Both the position numbers and the translations under genes were made by a program. DNA of 64,000 bases from the IMG/VR virus record IMGVR_UViG_3300011115_000650; one strand, written 5' to 3'. How positions within the stretch are numbered: the first letter of the stretch is position 1; every line of letters begins with the position of its first letter. This document shows positions 46,847 through 56,465 of this stretch, piece by piece. Under the pieces are notes generated by a model. That model saw nothing but the letters and a program-made list of their open reading frames with translations, made no database searches and had not been told where the DNA came from. The stretch is from a virus.

Positions 46847-47443
46847 TTATACGTATACTTTACCTTTTATACCTGGACACATTTGTTTAATTTCTTTTTT
46901 AGTATATTTCTTACTTACTGGTGTATTACTTAAATTAAGACTTCCTCCTATTTTTAAACCTTGCGGTAAGGTAGTAATTGGAGTATTGCTTAAATAAAGA
47001 TCTCCTCCTACTTGTAAACCTTGAGGTAATGATGCTATTTTAGTATTGCTTAAATAAAGATCTCCTCCTACCTGTAAACCTTGTGGTAATGATGCTATTT
47101 TAGTCTTACCTAAATAAAGATCTCCTTTTACTTCTAAATCTTGAGGTAATGAAGTTATCTTGTTGGAAACTAAGTAAAGATTTCTATCTACTTTTAAACC
47201 TTGTGGTAATGTAGTAATTGGAGTATTGCTTAAATAGAGACTACCTCCTACTTCTAAATCTTGCGGTAGGGATGTTATTGGTGTATTGCTTAAATTGAGA
47301 TCACCTTTGCTACCATTGGTTACATACTGCTTAATCTTTTTTTGTAGAGCTATTGCATAATTTTTCTTACGCTCTTCTTTAGAACGTCTAGGAACTAATA
47401 TTGATTCCTCACTTTCTCTTAGTATGTCTAGTAATTTAATCAT
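46847..47443 (-). CDS. Leucine-rich repeat protein (20-aa units, ~7 repeats)
   Basis: LxLSNTPITSLPQxLxVGG repeats; leader MIKLLDILRE. Confidence 0.88.
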   Translation of the reverse strand: MIKLLDILRESEESILVPRRSKEERKKNYAIALQKKIKQYVTNGSKGDLNLSNTPITSLPQDLEVGGSLYLSNTPITTLPQGLKVDRNLYLVSNKITSLPQDLEVKGDLYLGKTKIASLPQGLQVGGDLYLSNTKIASLPQGLQVGGDLYLSNTPITTLPQGLKIGGSLNLSNTPVSKKYTKKEIKQMCPGIKGKVYV

Positions 47444-47444
47444 T

Positions 47445-48191
47445 TTACTTTATACCAATTATATTTGTAAATGTTTTAATATCTTTAGCACTCATCTGTT
47501 TGTCCAAACCATCATACCCATCAATCTTACCACCGTCTAATACCGCTAGTGCTACTACTTCTAGTTCTTTATACCTCTTAGGGAAAGCTTCTTTTAGCTT
47601 TTGTATTAATTCTGGAGACTTCACTCTAATATAGTAAAAAGTGACATTGTTAGTGTAGTAGTAATCATTGAAGTGATCGGGGGCTTTGTAGGTGGTACAC
47701 CAAGCTGAATCTTTACCTCCACCTTCACAATCTCTAAAAGAGAAATAAGATAAACCTAACTTACGAGATGCTTCGTGAGTGTGTGGAGACATGATTAGTA
47801 ATCGATCATTGTCTATTACGGTATCGTAATCACTCTCTAGATCTTTTACCGATACTGCTTCTCCTGATTGATTGATTTGATTTACTTCATCGTGTAAAGC
47901 TTTAAAAGATTTAAACTGATTGATATCTTTGGTCTTAGCCTTACCTTTGTTAAGAAAGGTGTTATACTCTTCAACAGTATTGCGTAGATCATCTAGATCA
48001 GGTTTCTCTGTTATCCAAATCTTGGACATCCACCCAACGTATTTCTTTTGAGGTGTTGGATCTATTTCGATAAGCTTCTTTAGATCTTCCTCAGATAGTT
48101 TGCCTTGTTGAACGTATTGCTTGCCTAGCTTTACATTTTCTAGTATAGTAACTTTATTCTCTCTTAGTAGTTTTGGGTTTGTAAATTTCAT
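47445..48191 (-). CDS. Hypothetical protein, possibly virion-internal
   Basis: IDPT..KKY..W, KDINQFKS, AWCT motifs; LxE-containing N-terminus. Confidence 0.65.
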   Translation of the reverse strand: MKFTNPKLLRENKVTILENVKLGKQYVQQGKLSEEDLKKLIEIDPTPQKKYVGWMSKIWITEKPDLDDLRNTVEEYNTFLNKGKAKTKDINQFKSFKALHDEVNQINQSGEAVSVKDLESDYDTVIDNDRLLIMSPHTHEASRKLGLSYFSFRDCEGGGKDSAWCTTYKAPDHFNDYYYTNNVTFYYIRVKSPELIQKLKEAFPKRYKELEVVALAVLDGGKIDGYDGLDKQMSAKDIKTFTNIIGIK

Positions 48192-48206
48192 AGTTATATT
48201 AAATAG

Positions 48207-49163
48207 TTATACTCTAACGTCATCTTTTATACCAGGGTACATTTGTTTAATTTGTTCTTTAGTATATTTTTTAGATATCGGTGTATTACTTAAATTAAGA
48301 CTTCCTCCTACTTTTAAACCTTGCGGTAATGAAGTTATTGAGGTATTACTTAAATTAAGACTTCCTCCTACTTTTAAACCTTGCGGTAATGAAGTTATTG
48401 AGGTATTACTTAAATTAAGACTTTCTCTTACTTCTAAATCTTTAGGTAGTGAAGTGATTGGTGTATTGCTTAAATCAAGATATCCTCCTACTTCTAAATC
48501 TTGAGGTAGAGATGTTATTTTAGTATCATCTAAATAAAGATCTCCTCCTACTTTTAAACCTTGCGGTAATGAAGTTATTGAGGTATTACTTAAATTAAGA
48601 CTTTCTCTTACTTCTAAATCTTTAGGTAGTGAAGTGATTGGTGTATTAACTAGCCAAAGAGATGCTCCTACTTCTAAATCTTGAGGTAGAGATGTTATTT
48701 TAGTATCATCTAAATAAAGACTTCCTCCTATTTTTAAACCTTGCGGTAATGAAGTTATTGAGGTATTACTTAAATTAAGACTTCCTCTTACTTCTAAATC
48801 TTTAGGTAGTGAAGTGATTGAAGTATTCCTTAGATTAAGATATCCTTTTACTTCTAGACCTTCAGGTAATGTAGTGATTGGTGTACCGCTTAAAAAAAGA
48901 TCTCCTCCTACTTTTAAACCTTGTGGTAAGGTATTAATTGGAGTATTGCTTAAATAAAGATCTCCTCCTACTTTTAAACCTTGCGGTAATGAAGTGATTG
49001 GAGTGTTTTTTAAATTAAGATCACCTTTGCTACCACCAGCTATATACTGTTTAATCTTTTTCTGTACAGCTATTAAGTGATTCTTCTCACGCTCTTCTTT
49101 AGATCGTCTAGGAACTAAAATTGATTCCTCACTTTCCCTTAATATATCTAATAATTTAATCAT
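48207..49163 (-). CDS. Leucine-rich repeat protein (20-aa units, ~13 repeats)
   Basis: 60-bp tandem units, some exactly duplicated; first 25 aa identical to 46847-47443. Confidence 0.9.
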   Translation of the reverse strand: MIKLLDILRESEESILVPRRSKEEREKNHLIAVQKKIKQYIAGGSKGDLNLKNTPITSLPQGLKVGGDLYLSNTPINTLPQGLKVGGDLFLSGTPITTLPEGLEVKGYLNLRNTSITSLPKDLEVRGSLNLSNTSITSLPQGLKIGGSLYLDDTKITSLPQDLEVGASLWLVNTPITSLPKDLEVRESLNLSNTSITSLPQGLKVGGDLYLDDTKITSLPQDLEVGGYLDLSNTPITSLPKDLEVRESLNLSNTSITSLPQGLKVGGSLNLSNTSITSLPQGLKVGGSLNLSNTPISKKYTKEQIKQMYPGIKDDVRV

Positions 49164-49201
49164 ATAGTACTAATAAATAGGTTTATACCTATATAAAACA
49201 C

Positions 49202-49402
49202 CTACTGAGCAGGTGGTGGCTGTTGTAGGGTATTTGTTCCTTTTACATGTTTAGGGGTAAAAGGACAGTGTCTACATTTTGACCCGCAGCACTGTCCTCT
49301 CTCCTTATGGTACCTTTCTGTAAATACCACTCTACCGTTTTCTAAGTAGTAGTGTATGTTTAGTATAAAGTCTGGTTTCATTGTTATTTTTAAACTTCGC
49401 AA
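49202..49402 (-). CDS. DUF5522-like Cys-rich protein
   Basis: VFTE.YH..RG.CCGS.CRHCPF. Confidence 0.75.
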   Translation of the reverse strand: MRSLKITMKPDFILNIHYYLENGRVVFTERYHKERGQCCGSKCRHCPFTPKHVKGTNTLQQPPPAQ

Positions 49403-51237
49403 CTTCCACCTGCACAGGCTACCTGGTCGGTTAAATCCGTATTGTCTTCTAATTCAATAACCTTACTTAGATCTATGGCATGTAAGTGATGTAGCATTTC
49501 GTTATACTTCTCTTCGGTACAATCCTGAAATGGGGCTTGGACATAAGTGTGATCTGAGAATGGTAAAACAGATAGTCCGTTAAAGGTATCTTTCCACTTC
49601 CACATCCATTGTCCAACTTCCTGCCATTCATTCTCCTTGATTGAAATAGTAGCTGATACGTTATTGGTATTCTGGCCTTTTCTATGTCCAGCTCTAACCC
49701 ATTCTGTATTAAACTTTCTAACTCTTTCTAGTAGCTCTAAAGCTGATTCAGTTCTTAGTATAGAACCTTGAGGTGCTTTTTGTGGTACTGAGATTACAGC
49801 TTGAATGGTAGGCTTGAAGAAATCATCTTCTATTAATTCAGGGTGATTGATAAATAGGTAGTTGTAGATAGCTTCATTCTTACCCACTCTCACCGTTCTT
49901 ATATAGTGATCATTATGCCAGGCATGTATACCTGATGATGTACCTAGGACTAAAGAACTTGTACCAGAAGGTTTAACCGTAGTAACTCTCGCTGCTTTAT
50001 TTATGCCTAAGATATCTGCTACACGTGCATTCTCGTCTTTGGCTAATTTAGCTGCTTTTTCTAAGTCGTAGTTTAGGATCTTACCTGAACCAATACCTGT
50101 CATTCCTATTCCTAGTAAAGCATCCTTTTCTGTGGTCTTCTTCCAGATATCTCTTAGGTAATGGAAATCTGTATAAGCAGCTTGTAGGGTACCGATTAGT
50201 GCTGCTGCTTTAACTCTTTGATCTAAATCTTCTTGAGATTCAATATCAGATACATTTACTTCACATAGGTTACAGAACTGATATGGACGTAGAGCGATCT
50301 CACAACATGGATTCGTACCCCAGTCTTTATCGTTGGAGAAGTATAGGCCTGGTTCTCCTGAACCTGATAATTCAATCTTCTTCCATAACTTGTAAAATTC
50401 CTCTTCATCGATCTTATGTCTTAATATGACTGCTGAGTTGTTAGCACGGCCACGTTGAGGATTCTGCTCCCACCAATTACCGAACTTACAAGTCAACATT
50501 GCTTCATCATCGAGATTAAATAGAGAGATTAGTGCCGCTCTACGAATACCTCCTGATAATACTGCATCAGCTTCAAAGCAAACTATATCATGACACTCTA
50601 GAGTAGTTAGTTTCTCTCCTGTAGCCTTTCTTTCGAAGATCTTTTGAATCTGGAATAAACACTCTTTTAAAGGTTCTGGTCCAGGTGCTTTACCTCCAGA
50701 TGTGATTAGGAGAGCTCCTTTTTTGCGTATGTCTCTGAAATCAAATTTAGGTAAAGGGCTGCCTGTGAAATAAGCCTTACATAATGCTCTGATAGCATCC
50801 GCCCACCCTTCTATACTATCACTCACCAAGAAACGTTTAGTCTTAGTAGGTACTTTGATCTCAGGTAGTTGATCTACGTGATGTCCTTGTACTGAGAATC
50901 CTACTCCACATCCAGATAACAATAAAAACATTGCTTCTGAAAATGATCGGTAGTCATCGATTGGTAAGAAGGAGCAGTTGTAGATACGTGCGTTATTTAA
51001 TTCAATCGGTCTTCCACCAAATTGTAGAGATCTCATCGAAGGTAAGACCTTCTTGGCATGTACCAATTCATAGGCTTTTACGATCTCTTGTTTTAGATCC
51101 GGGAATCTCTCGATGTGCATGTCTCTATTACGATCCACGATCTCATTCCAGGTCTCTCTTCTTTCTAGTTCTTTGTTAAATCTTGCATACTTCATGTAGA
51201 CTGTTATGTCCGATAAAATGCTTTGGGAAATGTTCAT
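49390..51237 (-). CDS. nrdJ: Class II (AdoCbl) ribonucleotide reductase
   Basis: YNCSF, GGIRRAA, TNPCCEI, NLCEV, VKPSGT, C-terminal CAGGSCEV; no NrdB nearby; likely ATG at 51237. Confidence 0.92.
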   Translation of the reverse strand: MNISQSILSDITVYMKYARFNKELERRETWNEIVDRNRDMHIERFPDLKQEIVKAYELVHAKKVLPSMRSLQFGGRPIELNNARIYNCSFLPIDDYRSFSEAMFLLLSGCGVGFSVQGHHVDQLPEIKVPTKTKRFLVSDSIEGWADAIRALCKAYFTGSPLPKFDFRDIRKKGALLITSGGKAPGPEPLKECLFQIQKIFERKATGEKLTTLECHDIVCFEADAVLSGGIRRAALISLFNLDDEAMLTCKFGNWWEQNPQRGRANNSAVILRHKIDEEEFYKLWKKIELSGSGEPGLYFSNDKDWGTNPCCEIALRPYQFCNLCEVNVSDIESQEDLDQRVKAAALIGTLQAAYTDFHYLRDIWKKTTEKDALLGIGMTGIGSGKILNYDLEKAAKLAKDENARVADILGINKAARVTTVKPSGTSSLVLGTSSGIHAWHNDHYIRTVRVGKNEAIYNYLFINHPELIEDDFFKPTIQAVISVPQKAPQGSILRTESALELLERVRKFNTEWVRAGHRKGQNTNNVSATISIKENEWQEVGQWMWKWKDTFNGLSVLPFSDHTYVQAPFQDCTEEKYNEMLHHLHAIDLSKVIELEDNTDLTDQVACAGGSCEV

Positions 51238-51276
51238 AGTTTTACTGTTCAATTTATTTGTTAAGTTGTTAAGATT

Positions 51277-51306
51277 ACAAAACCCCTAACTAGTAAGGAT
51301 AGGGGC
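51277..51306 (-). terminator. Putative intrinsic terminator
   Basis: CCCCTATC-CTTACTA-GTTAGGGG followed by TTTT. Confidence 0.5.
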
Positions 51307-51341
51307 TTGTATTATTTGAAAAATTGTGGTCTAAAACTCTA

Positions 51342-51539
51342 CTATACGTTAGGGCGTAGAGAGTTGATGTAAAAAGTATAGTTCTGCGGAGGCTTAATAG
51401 AGCTCAGAGTAGTATGCGGTGGTGAAGTAGCACCAGTAACCTCTTTTACTAATCTGCTAGTAGGTTTAGTTACCGGATATTTTATAGGATTCAATACGTT
51501 CCCACTCTTCTTGTATATGCTTAAAATACTCTGACTCAT
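51342..51539 (-). CDS. Small hypothetical protein
   Basis: CTATTTAT motif upstream. Confidence 0.6.
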   Translation of the reverse strand: MSQSILSIYKKSGNVLNPIKYPVTKPTSRLVKEVTGATSPPHTTLSSIKPPQNYTFYINSLRPNV

Positions 51540-51574
51540 AATAATCTTTATTTGTATTAATAAATAGTCTGTAT

Positions 51575-52954
51575 CTACCCAATATTACCTAATTCATAGA
51601 ACTTTTTACTTAGTAAATCTTTTTCGCTTTGATTAAATACCCCAAATCCAGACCCACTTCCTAATTGCATGGGTTGAGCTACGACATCCTCTCCTAACTC
51701 CGAAGTCTCGATCACAATCTTACCTGTTGAAGTATCTACAGTAGCACCATACGACATACCATCCATTCCATACCTATTCTTCATAATATGAAATCTACCC
51801 GTACCATTGACCTTATCCTGTCTTTGTCTTGATAGCGACATTGCAAAATCGGCAATCATCATCTTATCGTACGAACCTGCTGCTTTATCCCCTTCAATGA
51901 TATTATCCTTAGCCCCAGCACGATTAACCTGTGATACAGTCCAGACTGGTACTTTTAAATCTCGAGCCAATCCTTTGGCTGCTGTGTAAACGTCATCAAT
52001 CTCTTCTTTCTTCTCTGTCGATTTTCTCTTTGATTTTAATAGATCGACGTAATCGATTATGATGATATCTGGTACGATACCCAAGTCTTTACATTTCTGT
52101 ACATGGGATTCAATAGTTGATATCGAAGCACGGCCGGGTGAATACTCCTTAACGATTAGTTTGCCGGGTAGGGTAGCGATTAACTCCTCTACTTCTTTGC
52201 GGTGTTCGCCTAGTTTATCTACGGGTATTCCTGAGAAGCAAGCATCGTACCGTTTTCCAACATAAGATTCAGATAACTCTAGAGTATAGTGTAGTACGTT
52301 ATAGCCTAGTTTTACTGCGGTAGCACCTATAGAAACTAAGCACCATGATTTACCACCGCCGGGATTACCAAATATAATACCGAAATCTCCTGCACCTAAC
52401 CCACCCATTAGTAATTCGTTGATCTTCTCCCAGTCCGAAGGTATCGAAGATCGATCCTCTACTCTATACCTAGTCTCAATATCCTTAACGTATTCGTGTC
52501 CGATATTCTTATCCTGACCTGCTTTCAAGGCTTGGTCAATAATACTCCTAATACTGTCATACTGCCCGGATTGTAGTAGATCTACAGATGAAAATAGAGC
52601 GTTCTTTAATTGTTGGTTCTTACAGAAGGTAGAAAACTCTTGCTCTACGTATTCCTTATCGTCGTTAGTTATCTTATAGGCTTCTTTTAGCTGTTCGATA
52701 ACCGATACTTTCAATACTTCGTTTGAAATCTTCTTTACCTCTACCTGTAGAGAATCTAGAGAAGGAGTGGTGTTGTAGGTTCTATAGTATCTTCCTATCT
52801 CTTCAACAATCCACTTATGTGCTGGGTTATCAAAAGATTCAGGTTCTAATACGTCGTGTATGTTCTGTAGAAATTCTTTATGCTTTAATAGCGAAGCTAG
52901 TACTTTGACTTGGAATCCTACTCCATACGTACTTAATTTTGATAGTGATGTCAT
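51575..52954 (-). CDS. Replicative DnaB-family helicase
   Basis: GNPGGGKS, YTLEL, IIIDYVD, SQVNR, KNRYG. Confidence 0.93.
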   Translation of the reverse strand: MTSLSKLSTYGVGFQVKVLASLLKHKEFLQNIHDVLEPESFDNPAHKWIVEEIGRYYRTYNTTPSLDSLQVEVKKISNEVLKVSVIEQLKEAYKITNDDKEYVEQEFSTFCKNQQLKNALFSSVDLLQSGQYDSIRSIIDQALKAGQDKNIGHEYVKDIETRYRVEDRSSIPSDWEKINELLMGGLGAGDFGIIFGNPGGGKSWCLVSIGATAVKLGYNVLHYTLELSESYVGKRYDACFSGIPVDKLGEHRKEVEELIATLPGKLIVKEYSPGRASISTIESHVQKCKDLGIVPDIIIIDYVDLLKSKRKSTEKKEEIDDVYTAAKGLARDLKVPVWTVSQVNRAGAKDNIIEGDKAAGSYDKMMIADFAMSLSRQRQDKVNGTGRFHIMKNRYGMDGMSYGATVDTSTGKIVIETSELGEDVVAQPMQLGSGSGFGVFNQSEKDLLSKKFYELGNIG

Positions 52955-52991
52955 ATATAACTAATTTAATGTTTTTTTATTTCTTAGCCAA

Positions 52992-54011
52992 CTAGTTGAC
53001 CTTGAAATATCGGAGATAGTCGAAGGTGTCGTAGATCCATGTAGATACATTGGGTATAGAATTTCCTAAATAATCTTCATTGTATAATTTTAGAAAGCTT
53101 GCCTTATCTAGAGTACTATTTGGATTGTTTATAACATTGTCTACCGTAACTATATCTTCTTCCGGTAAGTTAACATCGTGTAGATCCATTAGGAGTTTAT
53201 TGATTAGTAGCTGTTGTCTAAAATCATGAATCTTTTTAAACTTATCCTGCGTTAGTTCTGCGTGTTTTAAAATCTTTTCAATCGTAACCAACTCATCTCC
53301 CCCTAATTCCGGTACCATTTTTAATAACGTCTTCATACCTATTCCATGTACACCGGGTACATTATCGGATTTATCTCCTAGAAGGATCTTCTGGGTTAGA
53401 AAGTTTATCGCCGATACACCGTATTCTTCTTTTACACTTTTAGGGGTATAGAATTTTTTCTTGATCGGTGAATAAACCGTTACTCTATCAGAGACTAATT
53501 GAAGATAATCTTTATCCGAAGACATGATATGTACCGAAGTACCTGCTTTACCGGTGATATAACCTATGACATCGTCTGCCTCCACCTTATCGATACTTAG
53601 TAAATCTACTGGAAGACATTTTAGATAATCTACCAGTCGTACGATTTGGTTTGTGATTGCATCTGATTCTTCTGCTTGAGTTTCAAAGCCTTCCCAGTTA
53701 GATATCTTATTAATCTTTCTGTTAGCTTTATACTCTGGATACAGGTATCTTTTATTTGTAGATCCTCCATGCCCATCGAAGACCAGGATGACACGCGTTG
53801 GTTTGATATGTCGGATTGCAAACCCTATAGACTTTAAATACCCTGTTAATCCTCCGATATGATTGCCTTGTGGATTGATGTGATTGATCATTACAAAGCT
53901 CCTTAGGAAGGTGTTGAGAGAATCGACAAGCAAGATCTTGCTGTTTCGATGCGAAGACTCTTGCTTGGATTCTTTTAGGCTATCAATGATAGCTTGAAAT
54001 TCTTTATTCAT
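52992..54011 (-). CDS. 5'-3' exonuclease / flap endonuclease (T4 RNase H-like)
   Basis: VFDG, YKANR, EADD, SSDKD, GDKSDNVPG..GIG. Confidence 0.93.
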   Translation of the reverse strand: MNKEFQAIIDSLKESKQESSHRNSKILLVDSLNTFLRSFVMINHINPQGNHIGGLTGYLKSIGFAIRHIKPTRVILVFDGHGGSTNKRYLYPEYKANRKINKISNWEGFETQAEESDAITNQIVRLVDYLKCLPVDLLSIDKVEADDVIGYITGKAGTSVHIMSSDKDYLQLVSDRVTVYSPIKKKFYTPKSVKEEYGVSAINFLTQKILLGDKSDNVPGVHGIGMKTLLKMVPELGGDELVTIEKILKHAELTQDKFKKIHDFRQQLLINKLLMDLHDVNLPEEDIVTVDNVINNPNSTLDKASFLKLYNEDYLGNSIPNVSTWIYDTFDYLRYFKVN

Positions 54012-54016
54012 ATACT

Positions 54017-55090
54017 TTATTCTGCTTCTGAAGCATCGAAGATATCTCGTGTATCCTCTGCCGCTTCTTCAATAAGATCGAAGTCTGTTGATCCTAAAAC
54101 TGATAACCATTCTTGTGAGTGATCTTTTTTGTATTGATCGATTGCTTTCTTATCGTCAGCTATAAAGCCATGTGAGGTCATGACAATCTTACCTTCCGTC
54201 TCTACACCTGTAACGTGATTTTTGTCACAGGAGATTTTAGTACGTTTAGCAAATTGTACTGTCTTACCACCTTTGGTTGCCTTGATCTTATTAGTACCTG
54301 AGTTAGCGATGTTACCAAATGTAACCACCATACTAGCATCAAAGTACATCGTATCTCCACCTTTATTCTTTAGCTTTGGTTGCTCCATTGGTGATCCAGG
54401 TTTTAAAACCCACACCTTATTAATAGCTACAAAAGTATTAGTGTAAATTTGATTTGACTTACGTGATAAAGGAAACTTCTGATTGATGAAATTACCGAAT
54501 TGAGTCGACATCGCTCCTGCGTTCCATTCGTTGTTATTGGATGCTTTCTCTACCGACATTCTACAGGGAATTGAACCTACTGAGTCCCAGAAGAAGCATA
54601 GTTCATAAGGTAGTTTACCTCTCTTCTGTTCATCTAAGATATCTACTACAAACGCAGCAACATCTTCAATAGTTCCTAATTTCTCTCTGTCGACATATAA
54701 AAAGAATCCATCATAGTCCACAACCTCTCCAGTTACAGGATCGGCTACTTCTTCGAATTGGAAGCCCATCTGACGGGCATGTTCCCAAGACCATTTCATC
54801 TCGGTGATAATCAAAACAGGTAAGATGCCCATCTTCTGTGCCTGTACGGCAGCTTCTAGTAAACAAGTCGTCTTACCTGTATCTGAATGACCTCTCAATA
54901 ACGTTATATGCCCGATAGGGATTCCAGGTACACTTACTGTGTCTTGGAATGCTTGTGATAAAGGTATCCAGGTTTGAGTTTTAAACTTTACCGGAGATGA
55001 GGATAGGTTTTTTGATTTCTTAAACCCGCTCAAATCAGGTGTAGCGTTGATCGCACTAGATAACTTTGCATTTAGAGATGCTTTAGCCAT
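54017..55090 (-). CDS. RecA/UvsX-like recombinase
   Basis: GIP.G.IT...G.SDTGKT, WDSVG, KGG. Confidence 0.88.
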   Translation of the reverse strand: MAKASLNAKLSSAINATPDLSGFKKSKNLSSSPVKFKTQTWIPLSQAFQDTVSVPGIPIGHITLLRGHSDTGKTTCLLEAAVQAQKMGILPVLIITEMKWSWEHARQMGFQFEEVADPVTGEVVDYDGFFLYVDREKLGTIEDVAAFVVDILDEQKRGKLPYELCFFWDSVGSIPCRMSVEKASNNNEWNAGAMSTQFGNFINQKFPLSRKSNQIYTNTFVAINKVWVLKPGSPMEQPKLKNKGGDTMYFDASMVVTFGNIANSGTNKIKATKGGKTVQFAKRTKISCDKNHVTGVETEGKIVMTSHGFIADDKKAIDQYKKDHSQEWLSVLGSTDFDLIEEAAEDTRDIFDASEAE

Positions 55091-55118
55091 ATTGTTTTTG
55101 TTGTTGTTTTTTTGTTAA

Positions 55119-55934
55119 TTAGAAAGGAAGGTCGTCTTTAAATAAATCGTCGAATGCTTTATCAACGTCTTTTACTGGTTTAGCAGCTAGAGAATAATTT
55201 GATTTTGGTTTCTCTGCTACTGGTGCTGTAGGTACTACCGTATCATCTTCTGCTGCTGTTTCACTTGGATTCAACCACTCCAATAACGAATTCTTCATCT
55301 CTTCATAACCGTACTTCTTGAATAGTGTTAAGGTTTCTGGTTGAGTTGTTAACCATAGTTTAACTTGTTCAGAATCTGAAGATAGTGGTGTGATCTTAGT
55401 TCTTACTCTTACCTTTGACTGATTATAGCCCGTACCATTGGTAGCAGCATCAGTTGTTTCGATAGTTAGATCTCTACCCTCTACTGGATCGGTATAATCT
55501 TGTACATCTTCGTCTTCAGCGATTGCTAATAACTCTATGTAGATCTGCTTACCAAACTCCCATAACCTTACACCCTTGTCTTCTTCACCTCTTACGATGA
55601 TAGGTGCAAACACTCTCATCTTAGGTGCTAGCTTTTTAGCCATAGCCCAGTTGTCTTTGTCGCTAGTCTTTTTTAACTGATCTGCGAACTCAACGATAGG
55701 GTCCTTTTCACCGAAATTTAACAATGAGATCATTGTACGGTTTCCGATACCGTAATGAAAAAATACCTCTTTAAAAGGATTTGATTTGTCGTACGCCGAC
55801 GGTACGATCCTTACTGAATGTTTCCCCACAGACGGTTTCCAAATCACCTGTGATAGGTCCTTTTTTTGACCCCCTCCACTCTTTTGTTGAAGAGAAGTCA
55901 GCTTGTTTTTGATGGCTGATAAATCCATACCCAT
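55119..55934 (-). CDS. Single-stranded DNA-binding protein (gp32-like)
   Basis: WKP..G...VRIVP, LWEFGK, DPVEGRD, acidic DDLPF tail. Confidence 0.85.
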   Translation of the reverse strand: MGMDLSAIKNKLTSLQQKSGGGQKKDLSQVIWKPSVGKHSVRIVPSAYDKSNPFKEVFFHYGIGNRTMISLLNFGEKDPIVEFADQLKKTSDKDNWAMAKKLAPKMRVFAPIIVRGEEDKGVRLWEFGKQIYIELLAIAEDEDVQDYTDPVEGRDLTIETTDAATNGTGYNQSKVRVRTKITPLSSDSEQVKLWLTTQPETLTLFKKYGYEEMKNSLLEWLNPSETAAEDDTVVPTAPVAEKPKSNYSLAAKPVKDVDKAFDDLFKDDLPF

Positions 55935-55989
55935 GCTGTTTTGATTTTATTGTGAATAAATAATTAAAATAGTTAATACTATCATCTAT

Positions 55990-56021
55990 CAAAGATATGA
56001 TAAATAATAATGCTTTCCAAC
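55990..56021 (-). promoter_or_regulatory. Bacteroidota-type promoter (exact TAnnTTTG)
   Basis: GTTGG...TATCTTTG upstream of ssb. Confidence 0.68.
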
Positions 56022-56032
56022 TCTTTTTTTAA

Positions 56033-56449
56033 TTAAAGAGCTACGATGCGGTGAATTTTTGTTTTTAGTTGTCTTAGGTCTGGACCTTGAGTTAGTAGGA
56101 CTGTATTTCTATAGTCTGTCCAGTTTACCCTGTATTGAGGGTCGATTACTCCATTATTCACCTGGCGAATTAGAGCATTCAAGCCATTGATGGTGTAGAG
56201 TGTATTGGTTTCTTTCTTTCTATGTAGTAGAATTGTACTCGGGAGTACGGAGTTGCTTGAGTTATGCGGGTCGATATTGTAGGTTAGTATAAATTCTTCT
56301 CCATCTACAATCTCTAATACAAATACTTTGCTGTACAGTATGCTGTAATGCGTCGTAACTGTAGCGAGTGTTTCTTCTAAGTTTAACTTAGGTGTAAATG
56401 TACAAAATAATTTATTCCCCAATTCGTAAATATTTATCTGTTCTGTCAT
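56033..56449 (-). CDS. Conserved hypothetical protein
   Basis: LFCTF, TYN, HRKKETNTLYTIN; likely start MTEQ. Confidence 0.7.
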   Translation of the reverse strand: MTEQINIYELGNKLFCTFTPKLNLEETLATVTTHYSILYSKVFVLEIVDGEEFILTYNIDPHNSSNSVLPSTILLHRKKETNTLYTINGLNALIRQVNNGVIDPQYRVNWTDYRNTVLLTQGPDLRQLKTKIHRIVAL

Positions 56450-56465
56450 AACTGTTTTTAATATA

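Noticed and set aside
46847-49163. Diversity-generating retroelement TR/VR pair
   Set aside because: No reverse transcriptase in the window, both copies are coding, and differences are not adenine-specific.
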